Part shown: positions 9,693 to 19,061 of the stretch, in pieces
Layout: every line of letters starts with the position of its first letter
Position numbering within the stretch: position 1 is the stretch's first letter
IMG/VR virus record: IMGVR_UViG_3300025012_000027
Coordinates: 62,001-126,000 of that record
DNA length: 64,000 nt
Strand: one strand, 5' to 3'
Notes under the pieces: model-generated
What the model was told of the DNA's origin: nothing
Seen by the model: only the letters and a program-made list of their open reading frames with translations
The model's database searches: none
Program-made: the position numbers and the translations under genes

Positions 9693-10282
9693 CATATCGA
9701 GGATATCTAGAAGAGATGGCAAAGCAATTGCCTAGCCCATTTTCAATGCTTGAGTTTAGGGGTGATTCGTTCAAACGAGTTTCATATGTTAATAGTGCAT
9801 CGTATCCTGTGGTGTCGAGAAGTGGGGACCTAGTAGTCCAATCAATTCACAATCCCAGTACCAATAGCACCTTGTATATAACGAATAACACTAAGCTAGG
9901 ACATACAGTTCATGTGAGTGATATTCATCGGAAATCTCCCACGAAACAACTACCATTTGATCATCTAGAACAAGTGAGCGTGGATCGAGTCAAATCCTCT
10001 GAACATTTGCCTAAAGGCTATGTGACAGATTTCGTGTATAATACATGGGACAAGCAATCATTGCCTTTGAAATCGAGTAATGAACAGCATGTTCAAGGAC
10101 ATGCAATGTGGAAGCGACTATCAACTCGAGCACTCGATGCTGGTAAGCACGTATATGTATCAACTCCAGAAAGCATGACTAAACTGGACGCGTCGACAAT
10201 AGACTCTGGTATATCCGGAGCATTTGGGCCAGATGATCATATGTTATCTAAACACATTATTTTATCACACACTGAACTATGA
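9686..10282 (+). CDS. Hypothetical protein, possible internal head protein
   Basis: N-terminus MLTYRGYLEE resembles T4 capsid-targeting propeptides. Confidence 0.55.
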   Translation: MLTYRGYLEEMAKQLPSPFSMLEFRGDSFKRVSYVNSASYPVVSRSGDLVVQSIHNPSTNSTLYITNNTKLGHTVHVSDIHRKSPTKQLPFDHLEQVSVDRVKSSEHLPKGYVTDFVYNTWDKQSLPLKSSNEQHVQGHAMWKRLSTRALDAGKHVYVSTPESMTKLDASTIDSGISGAFGPDDHMLSKHIILSHTEL

Positions 10283-10563
10283 ACGACATTAGAACCGAAT
10301 ACAATCACTATCACAAACCTTGTCCGTACGATTACGTTGATGTGTACAGGGTGCTAGAACTTTTTAGTGTAACTGACCCATGCCTCCAACACGCGATCAA
10401 GAAGATGTTGGTGGCTGGTGGACGTGGAGCAAAAAACATCGACAAGGATGTAGCTGAAGCCATCGTCACTCTTACTAGATGGCAGCAGATGCGAGCAGAA
10501 GAGAAGCAATCAGTGTTATCGCCTAATGGCGCAGACACTCTTTCATTAACCATTGAACCATGA
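10279..10563 (+). CDS. DUF3310-like phage protein
   Basis: NHY...DVYRVL...HAIKKML.AG.RG.K...D..EA. Confidence 0.6.
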   Translation: MNDIRTEYNHYHKPCPYDYVDVYRVLELFSVTDPCLQHAIKKMLVAGGRGAKNIDKDVAEAIVTLTRWQQMRAEEKQSVLSPNGADTLSLTIEP

Positions 10564-10569
10564 TGTGAT

Positions 10570-11427
10570 ATGAGTAAACTAAAAATATCAGAACTATTCT
10601 ATTCGATTCAAGGAGAAGGACGCTATATGGGGGTTCCTAGCGTATTCTTAAGAACCTTTGGTTGCAATTTCAAGTGTGCTGGATTTGGGATGCCTAAAGG
10701 CGAATTGAGTTCGGACGCCGACGAGGTAGCGCATACTCATACCGCGATTGAAGCGTTTCAAACGTATAACGATTTGCCGTTAGTGAAAACCGGTTGCGAT
10801 TCATTTGCATCTTGGCATCCTGCATTCAAAGATCTTTCCCCTATGCTGACTGTGGATGCTATCGTTGATAGAGCCGTCGATCTACTACCACATAAAGAAT
10901 GGCGAGACGAGCATCTTGTTATCACAGGTGGCGAACCTTTGTTGGGGTGGCAGCGGTCTTACCCAGAACTTCTAGCACATCCTAAAATGCGTTCTTTGAA
11001 GGAACTCACATTCGAGACTAATGGCACTCAGCCGTTGAATGGTTTTTTCAAAACCGTGTTATACAGTTGGACAGAAGCCCGTACATATGACTCACTGACG
11101 TTTTCAGTTAGTCCAAAGTTAAGTTGCTCTGGAGAACCTCGTAGTGTAGCAATCAATCCCGAAGTGGTGGTTGATTATGAATTGTATGGCTACACTTACT
11201 TGAAGTTTGTAGTCGCAACTGAAGATGATATAGCAGAAGCGCTTGAAGTGACTGATATTTATCGAAAAGCTGGGTTCAAAGGCCCTGTTTATTTGATGCC
11301 AGTTGGTGGCGTGGAATCCGTATACACGCTAAATAACAGAACTGTTGCCCAGGCAGCAATCAAACATGGGCTTAGGTATAGCGATAGGCTACAAGTTCCT
11401 TTATTCAAGAATGCCTGGGCAACATGA
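10570..11427 (+). CDS. queE: 7-carboxy-7-deazaguanine synthase (radical SAM)
   Basis: ELFYSIQGEG, FLRTFGCNFKC...CDS, VITGGEPLL, FETNGT, SVSPKL, RYSDRLQ. Confidence 0.95.
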   Translation: MSKLKISELFYSIQGEGRYMGVPSVFLRTFGCNFKCAGFGMPKGELSSDADEVAHTHTAIEAFQTYNDLPLVKTGCDSFASWHPAFKDLSPMLTVDAIVDRAVDLLPHKEWRDEHLVITGGEPLLGWQRSYPELLAHPKMRSLKELTFETNGTQPLNGFFKTVLYSWTEARTYDSLTFSVSPKLSCSGEPRSVAINPEVVVDYELYGYTYLKFVVATEDDIAEALEVTDIYRKAGFKGPVYLMPVGGVESVYTLNNRTVAQAAIKHGLRYSDRLQVPLFKNAWAT

Positions 11428-11618
11428 TGAAAACTCGTGACGAAATTATCACGGACATGTGTTATGCTTGGCGACATGACTATGGCTTGGATAAATGGCC
11501 TGACGAGTTTAGTTTTAGGTCTGGTATGACCCCGGCTGAGAGAACTATCCTTTGGAACCAGATGGCTCGCCTATTTGATGATAATATATCCCCTTTTATG
11601 GAGTTTAATCAAGAATGA
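11424..11618 (+). CDS. Hypothetical protein
   Basis: ATGA-coupled on both sides. Confidence 0.55.
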   Translation: MMKTRDEIITDMCYAWRHDYGLDKWPDEFSFRSGMTPAERTILWNQMARLFDDNISPFMEFNQE

Positions 11619-12115
11619 ATCAACCAGTATCGTATAAGTATACATCAACTAAAGAATACATCGACGCATTCCCATGTGCGTATCGACAATGGCGAGCAGA
11701 CAGTCATTGCAATTCGATCCACGGATACAGTTTTTCCATGAAATTTTACTTTGGGACCAATGATCTCGACGTGCGAAATTGGGCCGCTGATTATGGTGGG
11801 TTGTCAGACCTTAAGAAAATTCTGGAGAGTCAGTTCGATCATACGTTGCTAGTGAGTTCAGATGATCCCGAGTTGGAAACTTACAAACTTCTTCAGGAAA
11901 AGAAGATGGCAAAGCTCACAATTCTACCTAAACTTGGGTGCGAAGCTCTCGCGGATATGCTGTATAAATACGTCAATGGCGTTTACATTCCAGATTTGTG
12001 GGGTCCTGGAGAATCCAACCGACTTTGGTGTCATCGAGTCGATGTGCGAGAAACTCGGAGCAACATGGCATTTCGAGAAGGCCATCGCGAATGGAACGAA
12101 GATCTGTTCGCGTAA
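11615..12115 (+). CDS. queD: 6-carboxy-5,6,7,8-tetrahydropterin synthase
   Basis: HCNSIHGY, DYGGL, FDHTLL, GCE, VRET. Confidence 0.92.
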   Translation: MNQPVSYKYTSTKEYIDAFPCAYRQWRADSHCNSIHGYSFSMKFYFGTNDLDVRNWAADYGGLSDLKKILESQFDHTLLVSSDDPELETYKLLQEKKMAKLTILPKLGCEALADMLYKYVNGVYIPDLWGPGESNRLWCHRVDVRETRSNMAFREGHREWNEDLFA

Positions 12116-12142
12116 ATATACATTCAGACAATAAAGGAACAT

Positions 12143-12457
12143 ATGAATACTAGACTATTAACCCCGCCAGAATACTGTCCGGATGCTCTAGCAACGGACG
12201 TTGGTTGGATCAACCCAAAGAATGGTGAGATCTTAGTGATCGTAAAGGATTTGCGGAATCGTCTCACATTACAGGCAGCCGAACTCGCAAAGGCGTTGGC
12301 GACAATGGAAGCCGTTCCAGAACTTGAGCCAACCACGGTTGATGATGTTGAAGTCGTCAATCAGCCCGAGACCTCATCTAGTGATGCAGTAGAAACCACC
12401 AACAAACCAGGGCGTCGCGGGCGTCCTCGTAAAATGACTTCAAAGGAGACAATTTAA
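12143..12457 (+). CDS. Hypothetical protein with C-terminal AT-hook-like RRGRPRK
   Basis: AAGGA RBS and TAAATA at 12113; GWINPKNGEILV motif. Confidence 0.6.
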   Translation: MNTRLLTPPEYCPDALATDVGWINPKNGEILVIVKDLRNRLTLQAAELAKALATMEAVPELEPTTVDDVEVVNQPETSSSDAVETTNKPGRRGRPRKMTSKETI

Positions 12458-13137
12458 TGAATTATGGTAAGTGTGACCCAGAATTGGGTAAGCGAGTTCG
12501 AGCGTATTTGATGTTGCAGGGGGTCGAGTCTCCAATCGACTATTCTGTGTATGACAGTACGACCGCTGCATCTAAAATTGAGGTGGTAGAACATCACATG
12601 AAAGCTGCTCTTGAAATCATGGGGTTCGACCTCACAAACGACTCTGTTCAAAACACCCCCAAGCGAATCGCGAAGATGTGGGTATCCGAGATCATGAGTG
12701 GCCTCGACTACAACAACTTTCCAAAGATTATGACGTTTGAGAACAAGTTCAAAGCATCTGGGATGGTTGTTGAGCGTGATGTTAAGTCAATGAGCCTGTG
12801 CAGCCATCACCTAGTTACTATTGACGGCGTTGCTACTGTTGCATACATTCCTAAAGAGCGGGTTATTGGTCTTAGTAAGATCAATCGTGTAGTTGACTAT
12901 TTTTCCAGACGCCCTCAAGAAGCCGAGCGTTTGACGTTGCAGATCTTCCATGCTCTTGAGTATTTGTTGGGAACTGAAGATATCGCCGTGTTCTTGACAG
13001 GCACGCACTTCTGCGTTCGTTCACGTGGCGTGCAGGATATCAATTCAAGCACATCAACCGTTAAGTTGGGTGGCGGATTCTTGAACGATCCAATGCTGCG
13101 CAAAGAATTCTACGACGTGGTGCATTCAAAGGCGTAA
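12457..13137 (+). CDS. folE: GTP cyclohydrolase I
   Basis: TPKRIAKM, SLCSHHL, IGLSKINR, RRPQEAERLT, HFCVRSRGV. Confidence 0.97.
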   Translation: MNYGKCDPELGKRVRAYLMLQGVESPIDYSVYDSTTAASKIEVVEHHMKAALEIMGFDLTNDSVQNTPKRIAKMWVSEIMSGLDYNNFPKIMTFENKFKASGMVVERDVKSMSLCSHHLVTIDGVATVAYIPKERVIGLSKINRVVDYFSRRPQEAERLTLQIFHALEYLLGTEDIAVFLTGTHFCVRSRGVQDINSSTSTVKLGGGFLNDPMLRKEFYDVVHSKA

Positions 13138-13149
13138 TTAAGCCACCTT

Positions 13150-13175
13150 GATCGGCAGAAATGCCGATCTTTTTT
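13150..13175 (+). terminator. Rho-independent terminator after folE
   Basis: GATCGGCA-GAAA-TGCCGATC followed by T6. Confidence 0.85.
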
Positions 13176-13186
13176 GACTATTCATA

Positions 13187-14515
13187 ATGAAAACTTTCAA
13201 TAAGCGTATTGGCTTCATCATCTCGGCTCAGCATCTTATTCCTCACGGCGGCATCGGACAATTCGCCAAGGGGTTGATTGAGATGCTAGACGAGTATCAA
13301 ATAGATATCATCCTTGATAAGGCTCCAGCATCATCTGAGTTCGTTGAATTATTGGCCGGTAAAGACAACGTTAAGCTAATATACCCCCCACAGCCGCTTT
13401 CGAGCCAAAAACATACTAAGGTACATGCCTTCAGCGAAACGTTGAATCTAGAGCGGATCATTAACTTTCGCGATAGTTTGATGCTTGCTCTGCAGACGCA
13501 GATCTACGATACTATCATTATCAACACGCCTGAAGCACTATTTTCTACATATGCTCTAGGCATTCAAAAGTTCGTTCAAATCGTATTCTATACGCATAAT
13601 GAGAATCTAGTGTTCAAAGATGCTTCATTCGCGGGGGTGTTCAATGACAGCTATGACGAGATCATAGGACAGAGTATGCGATCTGATGGGATCACCGTGG
13701 GAACTCAGACACCCAGAAACCTCGATGAGTTGGTAGGCATCAAAAGTAAGGCATGGTTACCTATGCCCATCCCTGAAAGGGATCTACTCACTCCAAGCAT
13801 TATCGAAAAATCTGGGGTGCTGTTCATCGGTCGATGGGAAGAACGAAAGAACCCCAAAGAGTTCCTGCGGCTGATTGAAGAAACTGGATTGCCTGCAAAG
13901 GTTATGACGAACGAAAACGGTGCTAAGAGTTTTGAAGCAGCTCTTAGTAAGTTGGGCGTGCCGTATGAGATCAAAGCATCTATCATCGGTAAAGAAAAGG
14001 TAGATTTCATTAAGTCAGCGAAAGTGTTCTATATGCCATCAAAGAGCGAGAGCTATGGGTTTGCTCTGATGGAAGCAATTGGACACACGCATTCAATCGT
14101 TCTCGAAGAATATCCGTGGCATAAGAACTTTGACCCGACGTTTATTAACGTATCGGCCAAGAAAGATGTTGCATCTTTGACAAAACGATTGTATAATACG
14201 CCGGTACATACGGCGAATATTGATTATGTACGATCACTAGACGATCAGTGTAAGTCTATCTGGGTTGACTTCATTGAGTCGTTTAACCCAAAGCAATCAA
14301 CCTCAAATTCGGCTAACATTACCAAACATGATGAAGTGCTATATGCAGACTTCATATCATCGTTGGGTCGGTTTGCTAGTATCGAGGATGTAATTTCTGT
14401 GCTAAGCAATCGGCATAAATTCACAGTGTCACATTCCAAAGAAGGAACCTTTCTCTCAAAGAGTGGAAAGACGATTCAAAAGTCTGAAGGCATTTCATTC
14501 GACGACATATTCTAA
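13187..14515 (+). CDS. GT-B glycosyltransferase (GT4-like)
   Basis: HGGIG, VLFIGRWEERKNP, MPSKSESYGFALMEA (E-x7-E). Confidence 0.88.
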   Translation: MKTFNKRIGFIISAQHLIPHGGIGQFAKGLIEMLDEYQIDIILDKAPASSEFVELLAGKDNVKLIYPPQPLSSQKHTKVHAFSETLNLERIINFRDSLMLALQTQIYDTIIINTPEALFSTYALGIQKFVQIVFYTHNENLVFKDASFAGVFNDSYDEIIGQSMRSDGITVGTQTPRNLDELVGIKSKAWLPMPIPERDLLTPSIIEKSGVLFIGRWEERKNPKEFLRLIEETGLPAKVMTNENGAKSFEAALSKLGVPYEIKASIIGKEKVDFIKSAKVFYMPSKSESYGFALMEAIGHTHSIVLEEYPWHKNFDPTFINVSAKKDVASLTKRLYNTPVHTANIDYVRSLDDQCKSIWVDFIESFNPKQSTSNSANITKHDEVLYADFISSLGRFASIEDVISVLSNRHKFTVSHSKEGTFLSKSGKTIQKSEGISFDDIF

Positions 14516-15763
14516 ATGATAAAAGATATACATTACATCGCGTCCGGAATGTCCTACACGAGAATCAATTCTCCGAGGAACTACGAGAACCCAGAAAATT
14601 TGCAGTTCATTAATGATACTTTCAGAAAGATCAGTGATAGTGCAACCAGACATGACTTCGGCATACTGTTCAACGCATTCACTGAATCTGCTTTTGGCGA
14701 ACGGTTCTCGAAGTATAATGGGCACAAATTTACACACGCCGACTCAGGTGGCTTGCAAGTAATTACTCAAGGTAAGACGATCACGCCGGCATTGAAAGAC
14801 GCCGTATATGCTGTTCAAGCTAAGTGGTCTGATCTGGGGATGTGCTTCGATGAGATTCCAATCGGAATGACTGGAACAACTTCGGGTAGAAATGACGTAA
14901 CGAATCGTTGGTATAAGTCAGACGATCTGGAACACTATGCTAGGCTGACTGGTCGAAACATTGCTAGACAGATTGAAGTTTACCATAAACTAGATTCAAA
15001 GTGTAAGCCAATTCTCATTGCTCAAGGAAACTGTTATGACAGTTACATGCGCTGGGTAGATTATATTATGGATGAGATTCCTGCATCCGACCGTCAATAT
15101 GTCGGCGGTGTTGCTATGGGAGCTGCTGCTCTTGGCACAGGCACCCTCGAAGACATCGAGCGAGCATTTATCTTCTCACAATTGCAGATCGACGTCAAGC
15201 ATCTACACGTGCTGGGAGTTGGTTCTGTAAAACGACTATATCCGTATTTGGTGTTCCAAGATTCGGGTCTGTATAAAGACATCACATTATCATATGACAG
15301 CACTAGCCATACTTCTGGAGGCGAACTTGCAAACTATTACACCGAAGATTTCAAACGTCTTTCGTTTACTCGTCAGTATTCGAGACACTATGAAAAGATT
15401 TTTAATGAGATTGCTGGGTTCATTGACGTTTCTGATTTGACGCCTCGAGACTTTCATGAGATCATGAACAGTGGATACACAAAGTATGTCGAGGAATTGA
15501 ATAAAAAAGACTTTGACTTTTTGCGTTGTCGTTTAGGTATTATTTTCAGAATGATCCATAATTTTATCAACCACGTTGAACACGTTATGGCAAGTAAAGA
15601 GAACATGATTGAAGATGCGATGCAGCATAACCTGCATGGTCAGATTAAGTTCTTGTATGGAGTGAAAGATAAGAATGACTTCGATGCTTGGAACTCGCAT
15701 TTCAAACGTACCGTTAAGTCAAATCGTGTGCAATCTGGACAATCTTTAGAATTGGAGTTTTAA
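14516..15763 (+). CDS. dpdA: DNA 7-deazaguanine transglycosylase (TGT fold, DpdA2-like)
   Basis: ADSGGLQ, CFDEIP, IAQG, HLHVLGVG, SYDSTSH; no C-terminal CxCxxC; clustered with queE/queD/folE. Confidence 0.85.
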   Translation: MIKDIHYIASGMSYTRINSPRNYENPENLQFINDTFRKISDSATRHDFGILFNAFTESAFGERFSKYNGHKFTHADSGGLQVITQGKTITPALKDAVYAVQAKWSDLGMCFDEIPIGMTGTTSGRNDVTNRWYKSDDLEHYARLTGRNIARQIEVYHKLDSKCKPILIAQGNCYDSYMRWVDYIMDEIPASDRQYVGGVAMGAAALGTGTLEDIERAFIFSQLQIDVKHLHVLGVGSVKRLYPYLVFQDSGLYKDITLSYDSTSHTSGGELANYYTEDFKRLSFTRQYSRHYEKIFNEIAGFIDVSDLTPRDFHEIMNSGYTKYVEELNKKDFDFLRCRLGIIFRMIHNFINHVEHVMASKENMIEDAMQHNLHGQIKFLYGVKDKNDFDAWNSHFKRTVKSNRVQSGQSLELEF

Positions 15764-15764
15764 T

Positions 15765-16124
15765 ATGGGAATCAAAACATACATCAAAGTTAGAACTGAG
15801 TTTGAAGGGTTTCATAGCTACCCAGGAGCCGGTAGCATAAGCCCAGCTATCAAATTCCTGGAAGATCGGCATCGCCACATGTTCAAAGTCGAGGTTAAGA
15901 TCTCTGTGACACATGATGACCGAGAGTTAGAGTTTTTCTTGACCAAGTGGGCGCTCGAAGATTTCCTGAATAGAAGAGAACTCAATAACAAGAGTTGCGA
16001 GATGATTGGGCGTGATATCTTGAACGATCATCTGCTGATAGCGTATGGCGGTGATCGATATTATGAAGTCATTGTGTCTGAAGACGGCGAGTCTGATGGT
16101 ATTGTAGAATATACTCCGGAATAA
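15765..16124 (+). CDS. dpdL: QueD-like T-fold protein, DpdL type (proposed CDG decarboxylase)
   Basis: FEGFH, LEDRHRHMF (LxxxHRHxF signature as recalled for DpdL), DRELEF, SCEM, VSEDGE. Confidence 0.7.
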   Translation: MGIKTYIKVRTEFEGFHSYPGAGSISPAIKFLEDRHRHMFKVEVKISVTHDDRELEFFLTKWALEDFLNRRELNNKSCEMIGRDILNDHLLIAYGGDRYYEVIVSEDGESDGIVEYTPE

Positions 16125-16128
16125 TACT

Positions 16129-17220
16129 ATGTCAAAACTTATCATTGTCCCCATTGAACCGATCGAATCTCGGTATACCTCTCAGTGGTATAAGTTCCTG
16201 CCAGGTTTTATTAAAGAAAATACGTCGTTTGATTCAATCGTCCATCTAGAGATTGACAAAGAAGTTCCTGAAAACACTTCTGGTGGGTTCTTTAACTTCA
16301 ATTTCACGTGCGAGTATAAGGCCGCGCAATTCATCTCATTATCTGAGATGGTTAAACGTGGTGAGATACAAGACGGTGATGTGATCTTCTATACAGATTA
16401 CTGGAACCCAACGGTTCATATGACTCGATACATTCTCGATCTAAATGGAATTCGTGCAAAGATCGTTGGATTTGCTCACGCAGGAGACTGGGACCCAGCT
16501 GATATTCTACATCAAAAGCTAGTTAATAAACACTGGTCTTGGACTACTGAGATGTCATTGCATCAGGCATATGATCAGATTTATTTCTCGACGTACTTTG
16601 CTCGACAGTTGTATGCTAATAATCTTGGGGCAGATCTAGTATATGCTGCAGGTGCAGACCTCATCGTAACAGGGTTCCCGATGGAATATTATGATGAAGT
16701 TCTCCCATCATACTGGGATCTTGAATCACCTGTTAATAAAGAAGACTTGATAGTATTCCCTCATCGAATCTCAGATGAGAAAAACTATAAACTATTCAAG
16801 ATACTTGAGCGTAGGTTGCCGCAATACAAATTCGTTGTGGCGATGGAAGTGTGTAAAACGAAAGATGCGTATCACGATCTATTGTACCGAAGCAAAGTAG
16901 CATTCTCGGCTGCATTGCAAGAAACAGGCGGCATAAGTATGGGCATCGAGTCTCTACGAGCAGGCTGTATGACTATAGTTCCTGATCGACTATCATATGC
17001 TGAAATCTTTGACCAGTGGGATTTGAAGTTTGCCGGTGATGTTGCGGATTACGTCGTCACGGAAGATAATGATCCATGTGTCGATATCCTAGTCGATACT
17101 ATAGTGAAGGCATTCGAAACCTGGAACATCGAGGTTATCAAGAAACAACATGATTTGAATTACGCAAAGTATTTCACTGGCACAATTCTTTATGCTGCAT
17201 TGGATACGTTCAATGAATAA
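16129..17220 (+). CDS. GT-B glycosyltransferase, GTDC1/QTMAN-like
   Basis: HAGDWDP, IVFPHRISDEK, KDAYHDLL, SAALQETGGISMGIE, VPDRLSYAEIF. Confidence 0.8.
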   Translation: MSKLIIVPIEPIESRYTSQWYKFLPGFIKENTSFDSIVHLEIDKEVPENTSGGFFNFNFTCEYKAAQFISLSEMVKRGEIQDGDVIFYTDYWNPTVHMTRYILDLNGIRAKIVGFAHAGDWDPADILHQKLVNKHWSWTTEMSLHQAYDQIYFSTYFARQLYANNLGADLVYAAGADLIVTGFPMEYYDEVLPSYWDLESPVNKEDLIVFPHRISDEKNYKLFKILERRLPQYKFVVAMEVCKTKDAYHDLLYRSKVAFSAALQETGGISMGIESLRAGCMTIVPDRLSYAEIFDQWDLKFAGDVADYVVTEDNDPCVDILVDTIVKAFETWNIEVIKKQHDLNYAKYFTGTILYAALDTFNE

Positions 17221-17728
17221 TATAATGCTGGACATTGAAACTTTAGGCACGTCTTCTAATAGCATCATCGTATCTATAGCCGCAGTGGCGTTCAACTTCA
17301 AAGATGATATTACCGAAGATTTGTTGCTAAACTGTTCTCCAAAGAGTAGCAAAGCCCTTGGTATGGTGTCTGATGCTGATACAGTACAATGGTGGGCTGA
17401 GCAACCCGCAGAAGTTCGCAATGCATGGATGGTAGATCAACGACCTATCACAGACGCGCTAACCACATTATCCGAGTTTGCCGGTACTCAATGGAAGAAT
17501 GTTGTTTGGTGGTCTAATGGGATGAACTTCGATTTCCCAGTATTGGAATGGAGTTATAAGGCTGCAACCATTCCAGTTCCATGGAAGTATTGGAATCTGC
17601 GAGATGTTAGAACGGTGTATTCTGTGTTTGATTTAAACTTTCGAGAATTCCCGAGGGTCGGTAAGTATCACAATGCTATTGATGACTGCAAAACTCAAAT
17701 CGCTGCCCTGAAATCCGTACTAATCTAG
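17213..17728 (+). CDS. dexA: DEDDh 3'-5' exonuclease (DexA/Rv2179c-like)
   Basis: MLDIETLG, WSNGMNFD, RDVRT, HNAIDDC; ATG 17213 preferred. Confidence 0.85.
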   Translation: MNNIMLDIETLGTSSNSIIVSIAAVAFNFKDDITEDLLLNCSPKSSKALGMVSDADTVQWWAEQPAEVRNAWMVDQRPITDALTTLSEFAGTQWKNVVWWSNGMNFDFPVLEWSYKAATIPVPWKYWNLRDVRTVYSVFDLNFREFPRVGKYHNAIDDCKTQIAALKSVLI

Positions 17729-17732
17729 TCGG

Positions 17733-17768
17733 TTAGTTCTCTTTCTTAAATAATAGAAAGAGAACTAA
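17733..17768 (+). promoter_or_regulatory. 14-bp hairpin with a late promoter in its loop, occluding the holin translation start region
   Basis: TTAGTTCTCTTTCT-TAAATAAT-AGAAAGAGAACTAA; ATG at 17770. Confidence 0.8.
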
Positions 17769-17769
17769 A

Positions 17770-18129
17770 ATGTCCAATAATGTATCTGAAGAATCTTGGT
17801 TTAAACACCAATGGAGACCCACGACTGCTTGGGTCTATCTTGCCATCTGTCTTTTCGACTTCCTGATAGCACCCATTCTAACCGCTGTATATTTTGCAAA
17901 ATATGGTGGTGACTATGTTGCTTGGAAGCCGATATCATTGTCTGAAGGTGGATTGTTCCACATGGCAATGGGCGCAATCTTAGGTATCACTAGCTGGACT
18001 CGTGGTCAAGAGCGAATCTCATCAGCTAGATATCGATCAGAACATTCGTATAGGTCAGACGACCGTGCCCCATATCGTTCTACCACGGAGACTGATTTCA
18101 GGGATAACCTGATCAATGATGACAGATGA
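17770..18129 (+). CDS. Putative holin (GTA 3TM-holin-like)
   Basis: WRP motif, hydrophobic helices, GAILG.TSWTRGQE; ATGA-coupled to endolysin. Confidence 0.65.
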   Translation: MSNNVSEESWFKHQWRPTTAWVYLAICLFDFLIAPILTAVYFAKYGGDYVAWKPISLSEGGLFHMAMGAILGITSWTRGQERISSARYRSEHSYRSDDRAPYRSTTETDFRDNLINDDR

Positions 18130-18740
18130 TCACAGTTGAACAACTACTAGAGATTTTTCCTAGAATAGAAGATGCTGACTTTTGGGTCGAGGCAATGGAG
18201 TATAATCTACCAGCTCATGATATCATAGAAGGGCCGCGTCTTTGGATGTTTTTAGCACAGTGCGGGCATGAGTCTGCTGGGTTCACAGTTTTTCAAGAAA
18301 ACTTGAACTACTCAAGCACCGGTCTGTTAAAAACTTTTCCGAAGTATTTTAACACAAAACTTGCAGCTCAATGCGCGAGACAGCCAGAACTTATAGCAAA
18401 TATTGTGTATGCTAACCGAATGGGTAATGGTCCATCAGAAAGTGGCGATGGTTATAGGTTTAGAGGTAGAGGACCAATCCAAATCACGGGTCGCAGAAAC
18501 TACACTGCTATGTCACACGATCTATGGGGTGATGATCGAGCCGTTGAAGAACCTGAGATGATTCTTTCGCCCGACAATGCAATTGCTAGTGCTGGATGGT
18601 ATTGGGACATCGCAAAACTAAATCAATATTGTGATCGAGAAGACGTCGTTACTGTTACCCGACGCATCAATGGTGGTACTAATGGATTGGCCGATCGCAA
18701 ACATCTTTACGCACAAATCAAAGAAATGTTGAACCAGTAG
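18126..18740 (+). CDS. GH19 chitinase-like endolysin
   Basis: FLAQCGHES, ENLNYS, YANRMGNG, FRGRGPIQITG, RRINGGTNGL. Confidence 0.93.
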   Translation: MITVEQLLEIFPRIEDADFWVEAMEYNLPAHDIIEGPRLWMFLAQCGHESAGFTVFQENLNYSSTGLLKTFPKYFNTKLAAQCARQPELIANIVYANRMGNGPSESGDGYRFRGRGPIQITGRRNYTAMSHDLWGDDRAVEEPEMILSPDNAIASAGWYWDIAKLNQYCDREDVVTVTRRINGGTNGLADRKHLYAQIKEMLNQ

Positions 18741-18745
18741 GATCT

Positions 18746-18756
18746 GGTGTTATAAT
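18746..18756 (+). promoter_or_regulatory. First of about 20 extended -10 promoters TGTTATAAT
   Basis: TATAAT starts at 18751, 19035, 25155, 26589, 31193, 33935, 35999, 36637, 37987, 38275, 38678, 42796, 43070, 50008, 50598, 52680 (TGG variant), 53785, 57955, 59477, 63543; all + strand and just upstream of genes. Confidence 0.8.
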
Positions 18757-18780
18757 ACACATACTTTATTGGAGTGTATT

Positions 18781-18987
18781 ATGAAAATGTTGACTAAGCA
18801 GGTGTTTGTTGAGTTTGATCCTAAAGACCCATCACATCGCAAATCGTTCGAACGTTTCTTAGCCACATCGTCGTGGAAACACACTACGTCGAGGTTTGTT
18901 CTCGAAGATAAGTTTGCCGACGTACCTAGCATGGTATCTCGAAAGCTGCTAGATTTTTATATGACACGTGATTCTGATCTGAAATAA
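18781..18987 (+). CDS. Hypothetical protein
   Basis: GGAG RBS, promoter upstream; VEFDPKDPSHR motif. Confidence 0.65.
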   Translation: MKMLTKQVFVEFDPKDPSHRKSFERFLATSSWKHTTSRFVLEDKFADVPSMVSRKLLDFYMTRDSDLK

Positions 18988-19061
18988 TATCCACTTGAAA
19001 TACTTGGTCTCTCCTTGTAACTGCAAAATTGTGTTATAATAGCGGCACACAAGGAGTTCCA

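Noticed and set aside
15765-16124. QueF or QueF-like amidinotransferase
   Set aside because: Lacks the CP...PD and ELKS motifs; has His-rich LxxxHRHxF instead.
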